DNA of 64,000 nucleotides from Nitrosopumilus sp. (GCA_965218695.1 OZ244651.1:2048001-2112000), one strand, 5' to 3'; shown: positions 18,694 through 29,809, counted from the stretch's first letter. Translations and numbers: made by a program. Notes: a model not told the origin generated them from the sequence alone.

Positions 18694-19236
18694 TCATAGC
18701 AGACAGAATCTTCTTATGAGATCGCAGCCGTCTGCGCTCATCTCGGGATGGAACTGCGTTCCAAAGATGTTTCTCTCCCGGTGCATGATGATCTCGTACC
18801 TGCCACCGGCAGACTCTGCCACCGGCACCAACGTTCCGGGCAGCTTGGATATCTCATACCTGTGACTCTCATAGACGCTCATGATGCCTTCTGATATGGG
18901 ATTCTCCATCGTGGTCATGACTGTTTGTCTGCCCTTCTGCAGCCTGCCTGTTCTCCTTATGGTTCCGCCCAGAGTCAGTGCCAGAATCTCTGCGCCATAA
19001 CAGATTCCCAGCAGCTTTGCACCGCTCCCCATGGCATGTGTGATAACCCTTGAGTTGATCTCGTTGATGCGCCTCTCGTTTCTCCTCCGTCCTGAGAGGA
19101 TTACCGAGTCAAAATCCCCAAGGGAGTCCTGCCTGAGATCATACGGAGTCTGCCTCTGGAACCGAACCCCTGCATCCTCCAGCAGGCAGGTCAGATTCTC
19201 TGTGTATATGGAGTCGTTGTCGACTACCAGCAGCAA
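18694..19236 (-). CDS. Class I glutamine amidotransferase
   Basis: LGICYG, SH, GTQFHPE. Confidence 0.9.
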   Translation of the reverse strand: MLLVVDNDSIYTENLTCLLEDAGVRFQRQTPYDLRQDSLGDFDSVILSGRRRNERRINEINSRVITHAMGSGAKLLGICYGAEILALTLGGTIRRTGRLQKGRQTVMTTMENPISEGIMSVYESHRYEISKLPGTLVPVAESAGGRYEIIMHRERNIFGTQFHPEMSADGCDLIRRFCLL

Positions 19237-22095
19237 CTAATTGCCTACCTCGATGGTGACAAAGTGCATCTCTGGTACGTCGTCCCTCACTATTATGGTC
19301 CCAACATTGAAGTCGTCGTCGTCGTCCCATACAAAGACGCGCTCGGTGCGTGGCTTGACAAAGTCGTCAATGAAGCCCAGCAGAAGCTCCTCTACATCTT
19401 CACGCTCGTCCTCTGTAAAGAAGAATATCTCTCCTTGGTTGAATGCAAGCGGAACCTGTATTGATGTCGGTTCTGCAACCGTTATCTCGTTCTCCTCGAA
19501 TACGGCCTTTATGATGTCGACTCTGGCGGCCCTGTCAAGCTCTATAAATTCCTCGTTGGCTGCCACTGCAGTAGTAACTCCTGAGACCTTCTTGAGGTAT
19601 GCCTCAAAGGCCTCCTGCTGGGTGTCGCCAAGTCCTACAAAGTATTCGCCGTTGAAGGCCGCGCCCACCGCTGCAATGGTTCCCAGCTGGGCGACCACGC
19701 CTCCGGCCCCCGCCGTATACACCGGAATGAAGTAGATGTCCTGATCGCCTACCCGGTACAGGATGTTGTCACCAATTCTGGGGTTTCTCAGCAGCGTGTT
19801 TAGCTGCGCAAACTCGGGATCCCTGTCAAGTGCCTCCCGGACCGCAGTAGGACCAATTAGCTTGGTGGTGGAGTTGAGCGGGACCTCGTAGAACTGCAGG
19901 TTTCCCAGGTTGGCAAGATCGTTTTCTACCACCATGTATCCTGCAAGGTTCCGGCCCTGCGAGCCCCTCAACTCAAGCGAGAGCAGTCCCAGGAACTCTG
20001 TGCGCTCAAACCCTGGTGGCTTTGCCTCTACATAGTAAGTGTCAAGTCCGCGCGGAATCTCGTAGAACTCGTTTGCTTGGATGAACGTATCGATGCTGGT
20101 CACGTGATAGATGTTGTACATCTCAGTCTTCCAGTTGAAGAGCTCCGCCGGATACCTGATCTGCTCCTCAAGCCATGCAGGCATAAGCTGGAACTGTTCT
20201 TCGTACTGTTCATAGAACATCTCTGTGAAAAAGTCATCACCGGTCTTGAGCAACTGGATGTTGCCATCGTACGAATCCACTAGGGCATATCCCACAAGCC
20301 GCAGATACGGATTGCCTACGGACCAGGGGACATTGTGGGTGTCAAATCCGATTATCAGCGGGATCAGCCAGTATGAGTTTGTTCCATCAGTAACAGGAAG
20401 CGAGTCCAGCTCCGTTCCAAACAGATTGTAAAGGAAGTAAGGGTACAGTATAGACATTCTGTCATTGACGTCCTTGTACCTCATGACATGCACCGCGTCA
20501 GCCGGATACGAAAGCAGGAAGTTTGGCTCAAATATCCAGCTTAGCGGAGGCGGAACATCCAGCCCCCCCCCACCAGAATAGAATGCATTGCCTAGCTCGT
20601 CAGTATTCGTACCGCGGGACGTGGGATATCCTGACCATTTCGTCTCAAACAGCCCGCCTTCTCCATAGTAGATCTCCCTCTGCTGGAAGAACTGACTACT
20701 GTCGACAATCTGACCTTCGGTTGCCTCAAGAGTGAGAAATCCGTTGGGAACGTGGGTGTATACGAGGTGCTCGTTATACCACAGGTTGTCTGCCGCAACT
20801 GATGTGGGTATAATGGGTTTCATCGACGCAGTCCAGTACAGCGTGTTGTTGAATCGAAGAATGTCGTTGTCCTCAAAGTCCACGTACGGGATCAGTCCTA
20901 TCTCCGGCTTTAGCTTGGCAAATGCCGCCTCCCAGTCCCAGACCCGGACGACATCTAGGACATCGCTGTTCTGATCTACGTAGTTGTCTATGTTGTTGGG
21001 CGATACCGACGTAATCTGGACATCGTGGACGTTCTCTTGGATATCGTTTAGTTGGCCAAGATACCTGTTCACCCCTATCTGCTGGGCTGTGTACGGACCA
21101 AGATACTCTATCTTCTTTGCATCTGCTATACTGTCGTTTACTGTAATGATTACGAAGATGGCTATGGCAATTGCAATTATGGTTAGGAATCTGATGTATA
21201 CGTCCCGCTTGAACATATGCGTCAGCACGCGTGCCCGTATTCTGTCAATAATTGAAAAGACGATTAGTGCCGCCCCGATGAGCAGCGTCCCCCCTACGAC
21301 ATACTTTGTGTTGTAATCAATCTGATCTACAAAGAAGGAGTTCATTCCCGCCCAGAGCACGGCAATCCCGGCAATACCCTCGATAGTCGAGACGTAGTTG
21401 AGATACCTTGGCTTTCCATCTACCGAGTCCCTGACATATGATGTAATTACATCGATGATCCTGTGAATCCCGACGTAGAGTACTATGCGCAAGCCGGCTG
21501 CTGCAAGGACTGCCGGAATCAGTATCACTAGGGCCGGAATCATCGGCACCACGTTCTCTACGGCATAACTTGGTTCCGTATCCGGGTTTATAAACGGCAG
21601 CGTGAAGATCGCTGGAACGTTCTCTATTCCAAGCGTGTTGCCCTCAAGGAATGCGACTGCGGCAAACCCGAACATGATGTTTGAAAAGAACGCACCAAAC
21701 AGCAGAATCTTGGTGACCTGCCAGATGCCAAACTGTACAGGCGAGAGCCTGTACTCCTTGAACCTTGCTATGCTTGATGCAAGAGGCTGCTGTCCTCCCT
21801 TACCAAGGTGCCCTATGGTGGTGTTGACTATATACCAGAAGATCGACGCCCTGCCTGCAACATTTACACGTACAAGGGCAACTGCGGAAAGAATGATGGC
21901 GGAGACAAGCGTGTAGTAGAGCGGCTTGCTGAACTGCTCGCCAAACTCTGTAAAGTTCATCGACAGTATGACTGCCTGGTTTCCCACCATTGCAAAGATT
22001 GCAATTGCGATGACTGCTACTATGATCAGCCTGATATACCTGCCAGTATCCGGTGGCGGGTCCTGCTTGTCTGTAGTGGCGCTATACAAAATCAA
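19237..22095 (-). CDS. UPF0182 family membrane protein
   Basis: N-terminal TM helices, VRVWD, NEHLVYTH, IYYGE, QIRYP. Confidence 0.85.
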   Translation of the reverse strand: MILYSATTDKQDPPPDTGRYIRLIIVAVIAIAIFAMVGNQAVILSMNFTEFGEQFSKPLYYTLVSAIILSAVALVRVNVAGRASIFWYIVNTTIGHLGKGGQQPLASSIARFKEYRLSPVQFGIWQVTKILLFGAFFSNIMFGFAAVAFLEGNTLGIENVPAIFTLPFINPDTEPSYAVENVVPMIPALVILIPAVLAAAGLRIVLYVGIHRIIDVITSYVRDSVDGKPRYLNYVSTIEGIAGIAVLWAGMNSFFVDQIDYNTKYVVGGTLLIGAALIVFSIIDRIRARVLTHMFKRDVYIRFLTIIAIAIAIFVIITVNDSIADAKKIEYLGPYTAQQIGVNRYLGQLNDIQENVHDVQITSVSPNNIDNYVDQNSDVLDVVRVWDWEAAFAKLKPEIGLIPYVDFEDNDILRFNNTLYWTASMKPIIPTSVAADNLWYNEHLVYTHVPNGFLTLEATEGQIVDSSQFFQQREIYYGEGGLFETKWSGYPTSRGTNTDELGNAFYSGGGGLDVPPPLSWIFEPNFLLSYPADAVHVMRYKDVNDRMSILYPYFLYNLFGTELDSLPVTDGTNSYWLIPLIIGFDTHNVPWSVGNPYLRLVGYALVDSYDGNIQLLKTGDDFFTEMFYEQYEEQFQLMPAWLEEQIRYPAELFNWKTEMYNIYHVTSIDTFIQANEFYEIPRGLDTYYVEAKPPGFERTEFLGLLSLELRGSQGRNLAGYMVVENDLANLGNLQFYEVPLNSTTKLIGPTAVREALDRDPEFAQLNTLLRNPRIGDNILYRVGDQDIYFIPVYTAGAGGVVAQLGTIAAVGAAFNGEYFVGLGDTQQEAFEAYLKKVSGVTTAVAANEEFIELDRAARVDIIKAVFEENEITVAEPTSIQVPLAFNQGEIFFFTEDEREDVEELLLGFIDDFVKPRTERVFVWDDDDDFNVGTIIVRDDVPEMHFVTIEVGN

Positions 22096-22170
22096 TTTCT
22101 ATTGCCGCATGGTAAATTAATGTCTTACCAGCGTTGTGTAGAATAGTAACATATATGTCCTGCCTGACAT

Positions 22171-23292
22171 TCATCCCACGCTTGCCACTCCCTTGCATAT
22201 CATATATGCTGCAGCGTACATGGGGACACTCACCTTTTCATTGGGGTATGGGCCAAACCATCTGTTGCGCAGCTGGAACCGCACCGGGCAGTCTGCCCGA
22301 ACCTCCGTCGCATCGTCATCAAGAAGGGACGCTGCAGTGTACGGGTTGAACTCTGCCGGATCCCTGCAGCGGATCTTTACAAGCCCGCTCTTGCCGTTGA
22401 TGGAGCCGGGCAGTCTGAAGATCCTGTGGATGTCAGTTGTTACGTTGGGATCTATTCTGACCCCGATCTTGCCTGAGGCATCTTCAAGAACCCTCTGAAA
22501 TAAGATGGGACCGTCTGCAAATAGTCCCTTGATGGTCTTGACCCTTGCAGATTTTGAGCCGATTACGGATCTTGCAAATCTCCCGCGCCATCCCTTCTCG
22601 TCCATGCCTGGAAAATCCTTCTGGGCGGGCTGCTTGTTCCTCATACCAAACGATCTGGGGATCGCCCCCTTGAACATAATATAATCTGCAAGCTCTACTC
22701 GCTCTCTGGATCCTGCCTTCTGAAACTGCGAGCCGTGCACATGGACATGAAACCCCTCGTTTCCAGAAAAATAGATCCGGATGCCATCTCTCTCCACACC
22801 AAGATCGTCTGTCAGGATCCTGGACAGTCTGTCAACCTGTTTCCCTGCCCCCCCAATACACTTTCTGCACGACAGGGATTTTGACTTCAGCCTCTTGGAA
22901 CCGCATGCAGTGCAGCTCTGCCCCTGCCCGGCCCTGCCACACTCTGTGCATACTGATACTGTATGCTCCTTCCTGCACGGCAGGCCGAGATCCTTGGCAT
23001 CGATGTCAAAGATAAGCTCTGCCTCCTTCCAGATCTTCTCGGACATGGGCAGGTTGGGAAAGTGGTAGTATGCATTTGAGCAGTAAACGTCTGACGGCAC
23101 GTTCTGCAGGAGCAGGAGGCGCAGCTCCCCGTCGTTCCTTACTGATATGTGGCGGATCATGCCAGAATCAAACTTCTGATACCCAAACTCCCTTTCAGGC
23201 GCACGCTCCGGCGTCTCAACCAGTCCTGAGTGCTCAAAGTAGTATCTCTTGAAGGCCCTCTTCAGGATCTCCATGTCTGCCTCGTGCATCAT
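22171..23292 (-). CDS. priS: DNA primase small subunit
   Basis: REFGY, LIFDIDAKDL, FSGNEGFHVH, DIHRIFRLPGS. Confidence 0.95.
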   Translation of the reverse strand: MMHEADMEILKRAFKRYYFEHSGLVETPERAPEREFGYQKFDSGMIRHISVRNDGELRLLLLQNVPSDVYCSNAYYHFPNLPMSEKIWKEAELIFDIDAKDLGLPCRKEHTVSVCTECGRAGQGQSCTACGSKRLKSKSLSCRKCIGGAGKQVDRLSRILTDDLGVERDGIRIYFSGNEGFHVHVHGSQFQKAGSRERVELADYIMFKGAIPRSFGMRNKQPAQKDFPGMDEKGWRGRFARSVIGSKSARVKTIKGLFADGPILFQRVLEDASGKIGVRIDPNVTTDIHRIFRLPGSINGKSGLVKIRCRDPAEFNPYTAASLLDDDATEVRADCPVRFQLRNRWFGPYPNEKVSVPMYAAAYMICKGVASVG

Positions 23293-25133
23293 CTTCTCTT
23301 ACCAAACTGCATGGGGTTGATGATGTTGTTGCACTCGGGTGTGGCAAAGCATAGATCCTGCGTCCTGATCTTGTCACATGACGGACAGGCGTACTGCGTG
23401 CCGCTGCTTCCTGCAAGGTGGTTCAGTTGGTATGCTGTTATCTTCTCGTTGTAGTCCGGGGCGTTCTTGAACAGCGGTGCGATCTGCTTGACTGACTGGC
23501 CCCTTGCCAGCAGGAACGTGGCCAGCATGAAGCGTCCCGAGTGTGGAAGATTATCCCCCTTCTCCAGCACATCTATTGCATGTTTTATACACGGAGGATA
23601 CTCCCCGGCATCGACTGTGGGAACCACAAACTGCCTTGAGATCTCGACCAACCTCCCCTTGTATCCTTCAAAACCCGGAATCATCTCTGGAGTCTTGGCC
23701 TCTGTGATCTTTGTGGTGATGTGCTGTACCAGCTCGTGCCTGATCAACCTCGCTGTCTCATGGGAGGTAATATGGACTCCGCCGTCCCAGACCTGCCTGT
23801 TGATAAGCTTCCACTCCCTTTCATGAAAATGAACCGAATACCGTATGTAGTCTGATACGGGAATTACATAGTAGTTGTCCTCTCTTCTGATCTGGATTGA
23901 GAAGAGCTCGTAGAGTATTCTTGTTGCCAGTCTCTGCCTTGAATCATCCGTGCCGGCCAGATCGCCTTCAAGATACTTTTCTGCGCGTCTTGCCTCTCCC
24001 AGCGCAAACCTCCTGACCATGCTCTGGTTGCCGCACAGCTTTAGCATGATGATTGCCAGAAGGAACGAAAAGACCTCAGTCGGCAGTGCCGCCTCGTCTG
24101 ACAGATTCTCTGACCTGTAGACTCCGCCCCCGATGCCGGTCCTGACCCTCTCAAAAGACTTCTTCATTATGTGTGCAAGATCTGGATCTGTGCCAAACTC
24201 CTCAGGCGTGAACTTCTTGTCCCTGAGGTATTGTCCGGCGTCTGCCAGAAACGGATACTTGGCCATCTCTTTCTCCCCCAATGCATGCATGCCTGTCTGC
24301 ACCACGCCATCCGTGCTGTTCTGAGGACCGATCCCTCTTCTGACAAACCTGATGATCTGACTGATGGCGCCGTCTCCGTAGTCCCTCATTATACCCTGAT
24401 TCCTAAACGATCCAGGATCGAGCGCTCCTGCAGAATCCGTCTCCAACCTCTCAAGTAGCCCGTCCTGCAGCCTCTCACACATCTCGCGTGTCGTCTTACC
24501 GGAGGCTGCCCGCTTTTGGAGCTCTAGGCCTGCCTGGTCAGGCCCGCTGTTGTGGACCAGCATGTATCGCAGGCATCTTATTGCCTCAGTCGTCTCTTCA
24601 TCCAGTATGCGTGCAGTTCTGTCCTTCCCTACCGCAAGCCATATGTTTGTGATGAATCCGGCAATGTCGTCGCCTGCCTTTGCCCTCTTTGCGTCATCGG
24701 CAAACGGGAGCAGGGCTGACAGCTCCGTGTCTGCCCGCATCCTTAGCAACTCTCTGGACAGGCTCTTGCGTCTCTGGTCTTCGGTGCTGTACGCAGCATC
24801 CTGTGCAGGGATCGGCCTGCCTGACGGATCAGCCTTCTGCGTTGTGCCTGCCTGCCTGCACTCCAAGACATCTCCGGTAAGAACAGTCACCCACTGTGTC
24901 CACATCAGTGCCATCTCAGTGGCCTTCTCCTCAGCCCTGCCCATGGTCGTGATGCCATCTGCACTCCCCAGCGTGATCCTAAACCCAGTAATACTGCGCG
25001 GCTCCTCCTCGTCCCTGACAAACTCAATAATATCGTCGTCTGCAATGTCATCAGTAGTGATCCTCCCAGACAGATCAAATGCAGTCTCCCATGTCTCTGG
25101 CATCACGTCCGCTGTACTGTGAGGTTCTGGCAT
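23289..25133 (-). CDS. priL: DNA primase large subunit with 281-aa N-terminal extension (PriL core from ATG at 24290)
   Basis: AKYPFL, YPPCI, LPHSGRF, PDYNEKITAYQL, CPSCDK..LC..C (Fe-S domain); no stop between extension and core. Confidence 0.9.
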   Translation of the reverse strand: MPEPHSTADVMPETWETAFDLSGRITTDDIADDDIIEFVRDEEEPRSITGFRITLGSADGITTMGRAEEKATEMALMWTQWVTVLTGDVLECRQAGTTQKADPSGRPIPAQDAAYSTEDQRRKSLSRELLRMRADTELSALLPFADDAKRAKAGDDIAGFITNIWLAVGKDRTARILDEETTEAIRCLRYMLVHNSGPDQAGLELQKRAASGKTTREMCERLQDGLLERLETDSAGALDPGSFRNQGIMRDYGDGAISQIIRFVRRGIGPQNSTDGVVQTGMHALGEKEMAKYPFLADAGQYLRDKKFTPEEFGTDPDLAHIMKKSFERVRTGIGGGVYRSENLSDEAALPTEVFSFLLAIIMLKLCGNQSMVRRFALGEARRAEKYLEGDLAGTDDSRQRLATRILYELFSIQIRREDNYYVIPVSDYIRYSVHFHEREWKLINRQVWDGGVHITSHETARLIRHELVQHITTKITEAKTPEMIPGFEGYKGRLVEISRQFVVPTVDAGEYPPCIKHAIDVLEKGDNLPHSGRFMLATFLLARGQSVKQIAPLFKNAPDYNEKITAYQLNHLAGSSGTQYACPSCDKIRTQDLCFATPECNNIINPMQFGKRR

Positions 25134-25269
25134 CTACCCTACATTGGAATTATCATCTAAAAGAAGTATCTCTTCTGAAGGTGTGGTTCCGCACCGATCA
25201 GACTGAACCTACTGGATGTGGGCACGCTCTGGATACGGGTTTAAATTATGTTCAAGGCAGTCTGAAGAC

Positions 25270-26109
25270 ATGCAGGTAGGATGCCATGTCTCAATATCTG
25301 GTTCCATTGACATGGCAGTAGACAACGCAGTCCAGAGGGAGTGCTCTGCCTTTCAGATATTTACCCGAAACCCGAGGGGCTGGCACGCAAAGCCCCTGAC
25401 GGATCAGGACATTTCTAAATTCAGGTCAAAAATGGAGGCAAGCCGGATAGACAGGTTTGCGACATGCGCGCACATGCCGTACCTGCCAAATCTTGCAACC
25501 CCCAAGGACGACGGCTTTGAAAAGTCAGTAAAGACCCTGATCGGAGAGGCCGGGCGGTGCGCACAGCTTGGAATACCGTACCTTGTAACGCACCTTGGAA
25601 GCCATCTGGGCACAGGCGAGGAAGCCGGGATGCGGAGGCTGGCAAGCGGCCTGAGCGAGGCCGGACGCACTGACCATGATGTCATGATACTCCTAGAGAA
25701 CACCGCAGGCCAGAAGAACTCGGTGGGGTCTGACTTTGAACAGCTCGGGGAGCTCTTCGGACATCTGAAACCTACTGAAAGGTTCGGGGTATGCCTTGAT
25801 ACGTGTCATGCATTTGTGGCAGGTTATGACCTTCGGACAGAAGAGAATGTAGAGAAGACCTTTGAAGAGTTTGATCGGCATGTGGGATTGGAGCACCTGA
25901 AGATTATCCACCTGAACGATGCCAAGGGAGAGATAGGATGCAATCTTGACAGGCACTACCATCTGGGCCTGGGCGGCATCGGGGAGGATGGGATATCTGC
26001 CGTGGTACGGCTTGCCAACAGGAGAAAAATCCCGATTATCCTGGAGACGCCCATTGACGATGTCCGGGACGACTTTGCAAACATTAGAAAAGCAAAGGAG
26101 CTTGCGTAG
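25270..26109 (+). CDS. nfo: Endonuclease IV
   Basis: GCHVS, HMPYLPNL, LENTAG, CLDTCH, HLND, DRH, ILETP. Confidence 0.95.
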   Translation: MQVGCHVSISGSIDMAVDNAVQRECSAFQIFTRNPRGWHAKPLTDQDISKFRSKMEASRIDRFATCAHMPYLPNLATPKDDGFEKSVKTLIGEAGRCAQLGIPYLVTHLGSHLGTGEEAGMRRLASGLSEAGRTDHDVMILLENTAGQKNSVGSDFEQLGELFGHLKPTERFGVCLDTCHAFVAGYDLRTEENVEKTFEEFDRHVGLEHLKIIHLNDAKGEIGCNLDRHYHLGLGGIGEDGISAVVRLANRRKIPIILETPIDDVRDDFANIRKAKELA

Positions 26110-26139
26110 GAATTTATTCAACGGCAAAGCCCCCAAGAC

Positions 26140-27597
26140 ATGAATTACGACGCAGTCATGAAGCTGGCCCTTGAGCGCGGGTTCTACTTTCCAAGCTGCG
26201 AGGTGTACGGGGACGCGCCTGCCGGATTCTGGGAGTATGGCCCTTCCGGCGTCGGCCTGAAGAACAAATTTCTCGAACTGTGGAGGAGAGAGCTTGTCAG
26301 GAGAGACGGAATGCTCGAGATTGACGGATCCCAGATAATGTCAAGGTCAGTCTTTGAGGCATCAGGGCACCTTGGAAACTTTGCCGATCCCATAACACGA
26401 TGCACCGGGTGCGGCTCCACGTTCAGGGCAGACAAGATGATTGCAGATGCTGCACAGATTGAGATTCCCGAGAGTGCAGACCTTGAGGAGTTTGACGGGG
26501 CGATACTGCAAAACAACATAACGTGCCCAAGATGCAAGGGCGCACTTGCCAAGACAAGAAACTTTAACATGATGTTCAGGGTGGGCATTGGCCCTGACGC
26601 CGAGGAGGCATACCTGAGGCCTGAGACGTGCCAGTCAATCTTTGTTGATTTTCCCAGACTCTACAAGACCATGAGGGGAAAGCTGCCGCTGGGAGTGGCG
26701 CAGGTGGGAAAGAGTTTCAGAAACGAGATAGCCCCAAGACAGAGCCTGCTCCGTCTTCGGGAGTTCTATCAGGCAGAGATCGAGGTGTTCTGCAATCCGT
26801 CGAGACTTGATGACGTGGACGGATTCGGCCAAGTACAGGACACCATGCTCCGGATTCAGACCGATTCTGAGCCGGTCTCTATGACATGCCGGGAGGCAGT
26901 AGACTCGGGAATGATTCCAAACAGGTTTGTCGCATACTATCTGGTATTGTTGACCGAGTTCTATGAGAAGACAGGCATCGACATCAAAAGAAGCAGGTTC
27001 AGAAGGCTGGGTCCAAAGGAGAAGGCGTTCTATGCAGAGGCGGCATTTGACTTTGAGGTGGAGACTGCAACGGGGTGGCTGGAGCTGGTGGCATGCAACT
27101 ACAGATCCGACTACGACCTGTCATGTCATGCCAAAAAGAGCAAGGAGAAGTTTGAGGTGATGGATGGCGCCGAGAAGGTGCTGCCGCACGTCTTTGAGAT
27201 ATCCATGGGAATCGACAGAAGCCTGTACACCATACTGGAGCACAGCCTCAACGAGGATGCAGAACACGAAAGGACGGTCCTGTCACTGCGACCGTACTTG
27301 TCCCCGGTACATGTGGGGGTTCTGTCCCTTGTCAAGAAGGACGGGCTAAAAGAGAAGACAGACGAGATCTATCTTCAAATCAAGAGGAGGTGTGATGCGT
27401 TTCTGGATCACTCCGGGGCGATAGGCAGAAGGTACAGGCGCCTTGACGAGGTAGGTTCCCCGTTTGCCATAACCGTTGATCATCAGACACTGGAGGATGA
27501 CACAGTTACAATCAGGGAGAGGGACAGCATGCAGCAGAAAAGAATCGGCCTTCAGGAACTTGATGCAGTCATTGCAGACTCCATAGCATACCCATAA
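26140..27597 (+). CDS. glyS: Glycyl-tRNA synthetase
   Basis: LRPETCQ, FRNEIAP..LREFYQAEIE, EISMGIDR, AIGRRYRR. Confidence 0.96.
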   Translation: MNYDAVMKLALERGFYFPSCEVYGDAPAGFWEYGPSGVGLKNKFLELWRRELVRRDGMLEIDGSQIMSRSVFEASGHLGNFADPITRCTGCGSTFRADKMIADAAQIEIPESADLEEFDGAILQNNITCPRCKGALAKTRNFNMMFRVGIGPDAEEAYLRPETCQSIFVDFPRLYKTMRGKLPLGVAQVGKSFRNEIAPRQSLLRLREFYQAEIEVFCNPSRLDDVDGFGQVQDTMLRIQTDSEPVSMTCREAVDSGMIPNRFVAYYLVLLTEFYEKTGIDIKRSRFRRLGPKEKAFYAEAAFDFEVETATGWLELVACNYRSDYDLSCHAKKSKEKFEVMDGAEKVLPHVFEISMGIDRSLYTILEHSLNEDAEHERTVLSLRPYLSPVHVGVLSLVKKDGLKEKTDEIYLQIKRRCDAFLDHSGAIGRRYRRLDEVGSPFAITVDHQTLEDDTVTIRERDSMQQKRIGLQELDAVIADSIAYP

Positions 27598-27666
27598 CCG
27601 TATGTGCCAGAACCGTCTATCTTCATGGAATGCCCTTCCTCCTCCTGTGAGAATGCATGGTTCGGC

Positions 27667-29601
27667 TCAGGCCGTCTTCTGATACGCCTCAGACTCCCCA
27701 TAACCGATATCCTTGATCTGGCTCTTTCCTGCAGGAAGCACGCGCACAAAGTCGTCAATGCTGATACCCCTTGTAATGTCCTCTTCCAGTCTGGTAAACT
27801 CGATCCTGATCCTCTTTGCTGCCTCGGCCATCTCTTGACCGTGCGGCTCGATTATTGCATAGCAGACTGAATACCTTTTGATTGGCTCCGGCGGGCCGCA
27901 CGTCAGGGCGTGGCCGTCCCCCTGTGAGATTATCCCTACTGCCAGCCTGAGGGTCTGCGGCTTGATAAAGTTCCTCTGCCCCTCGATGGTAAAGGATCCC
28001 CTTGGCAGAAACTGTCCGGTGGGCGCCGACTTCTTTACCTGGTGCGGCATCACCCAGTATGCGCTCATCCCGTACATGCCTTCCCTCCAGGCCCTGCTGA
28101 AGCAGACTGTTGCATGTGCGACCTCGTTCATGCTGTCTGCCGGGGTGCCTGCTGCATCCTTTAGTATGAAAAATGGGGATCCGTTTACCTCTGCATGAAA
28201 TATCCTGTCATTGTTCTGCATCTGTTTTCTTACCACCGCAGAGTTTGAGGCAGCATCCCTTCCGCCCACTGCAAGCAGTCCGTCTGATGTGGGAAACCAC
28301 CTGTAACGCTCATACCAGCTCTTTCTTCTGATCTCCGAGGCCGTGACTGCACCCTTTTCTGACTCGCTTCTGTTCTGAAGCCTGTCGATCTTCTGTCTTG
28401 TCTTGACCATGATCCTCTCTATCGACGGAACGGCTCTTGACTGGTGCTTTGCCTCGTCAAACAGGACAGACGCAATTGAGTGCAGCGGTGATTCGGGGTT
28501 TATCCTGATCTTCTGGCCTGCAACTACCATCTGTGGGATCCCCTTCTCGCTTCCAACCTCTGCATTATTCCCTGATAGGATCTGCCGGGCCCTGTCATCC
28601 CGGATTGCGGTGATCCCCTGCGAGATTATTCCGAGTATGGAGTTTGCCACCGCCGTTATCGTCTTGGATCTCTCCTTTACGGTGTCGACTGCCTTCTCCT
28701 GCTCTTCAAGCTGTGCCTGCAGCTCCCTGATCTTCTTTTCGGAGCCGCCTGACTGGATAGTTCTTCCCTCCCTTAGAAGCGACTCTGTAAAGACGGCATC
28801 AATTCCCCCGATGAAGTCATCGACTGGTTTGTATGACTCGCCCGGGAGGTCCAGTGTGACTGGGAGGACCTCTACCTGCTCGTCTCCCACTATTACGGGG
28901 TTGTGTCTTCCGGAGATCACGTCTGAGACAACCCCCTTGGTTGTCTCAAACACGCCCCTGATCTGCTCCGGGCTTAACTTGGTGCCTGCAACCTTTGGGT
29001 TGATCTTGGCAATGCCGAATATGCCTTCTACATACCTTCTTGGAAGCCCCAGTGTCCTTCCAAGCCATTTTGCAGCACCGAGTTCGGTCGTTCCAAGCCC
29101 GTCAAAGTCGGACTCTGTAATGTTGAATATGTCCAGACTGTTCTGCGGAGGTGGAACATACTCTAGCCCCACGCCAAGCTTCCTGTGCCTGACGTCGATG
29201 GAGTGCTGCAGCGCAAGAATCTTCATCTGGCTGTTGCAGAGTATGATGTTGCCGTCGCCGAAGAACTCGCCTACCAGAACGAACTCCCTTTCAAATCCCT
29301 CAAAGACAAGATAGGCCACCCTCTCTGAGCCGATCTGCCGTATCTGCTTGAGCTTGAGCCTCAGCAGATCGCTGCGCAGCCTCCTTTGCAGCCTGTTCTC
29401 TGCAATCTGCCCTATTCTTACCGAGGTCAGCCAGATGCCCGACGTGGAGATCATCATGAATATATCACTCTTCTCCGTGTGGTGCATCTTGAAGAGTATA
29501 CTGTCCCGGTTTATTCCATAAATATTACTGACGTAGTAGTCCCTAACCTCTTCGGATATCCTGTCCACAAGATACCGCAGTTCAATTCCAGCCAGAGCCA
29601 T
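27667..29601 (-). CDS. NFACT/Rqc2-like ribosome quality-control protein
   Basis: EFFGDGNIIL, WYERYRWF, GGRDAASN, FHAEVNGSP. Confidence 0.9.
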   Translation of the reverse strand: MALAGIELRYLVDRISEEVRDYYVSNIYGINRDSILFKMHHTEKSDIFMMISTSGIWLTSVRIGQIAENRLQRRLRSDLLRLKLKQIRQIGSERVAYLVFEGFEREFVLVGEFFGDGNIILCNSQMKILALQHSIDVRHRKLGVGLEYVPPPQNSLDIFNITESDFDGLGTTELGAAKWLGRTLGLPRRYVEGIFGIAKINPKVAGTKLSPEQIRGVFETTKGVVSDVISGRHNPVIVGDEQVEVLPVTLDLPGESYKPVDDFIGGIDAVFTESLLREGRTIQSGGSEKKIRELQAQLEEQEKAVDTVKERSKTITAVANSILGIISQGITAIRDDRARQILSGNNAEVGSEKGIPQMVVAGQKIRINPESPLHSIASVLFDEAKHQSRAVPSIERIMVKTRQKIDRLQNRSESEKGAVTASEIRRKSWYERYRWFPTSDGLLAVGGRDAASNSAVVRKQMQNNDRIFHAEVNGSPFFILKDAAGTPADSMNEVAHATVCFSRAWREGMYGMSAYWVMPHQVKKSAPTGQFLPRGSFTIEGQRNFIKPQTLRLAVGIISQGDGHALTCGPPEPIKRYSVCYAIIEPHGQEMAEAAKRIRIEFTRLEEDITRGISIDDFVRVLPAGKSQIKDIGYGESEAYQKTA

Positions 29602-29809
29602 CGGGTTGTCACTGGGTATCCGGGTTTATACTTTTACTGTTTGTTGCATTTATCTGGAGTCATGAACCCTCGTCACCCGGATACGCATCTGGAGTATGGG
29701 ATTGAATTCTGGAAATTATATGCATGAATTTATCCCGACAACCTCCCCAATCCTTTCATAAGCAAGGCTTTTATTCCAGAGGAAAAGTTGCAAATCTAGT
29801 GAATAATTA

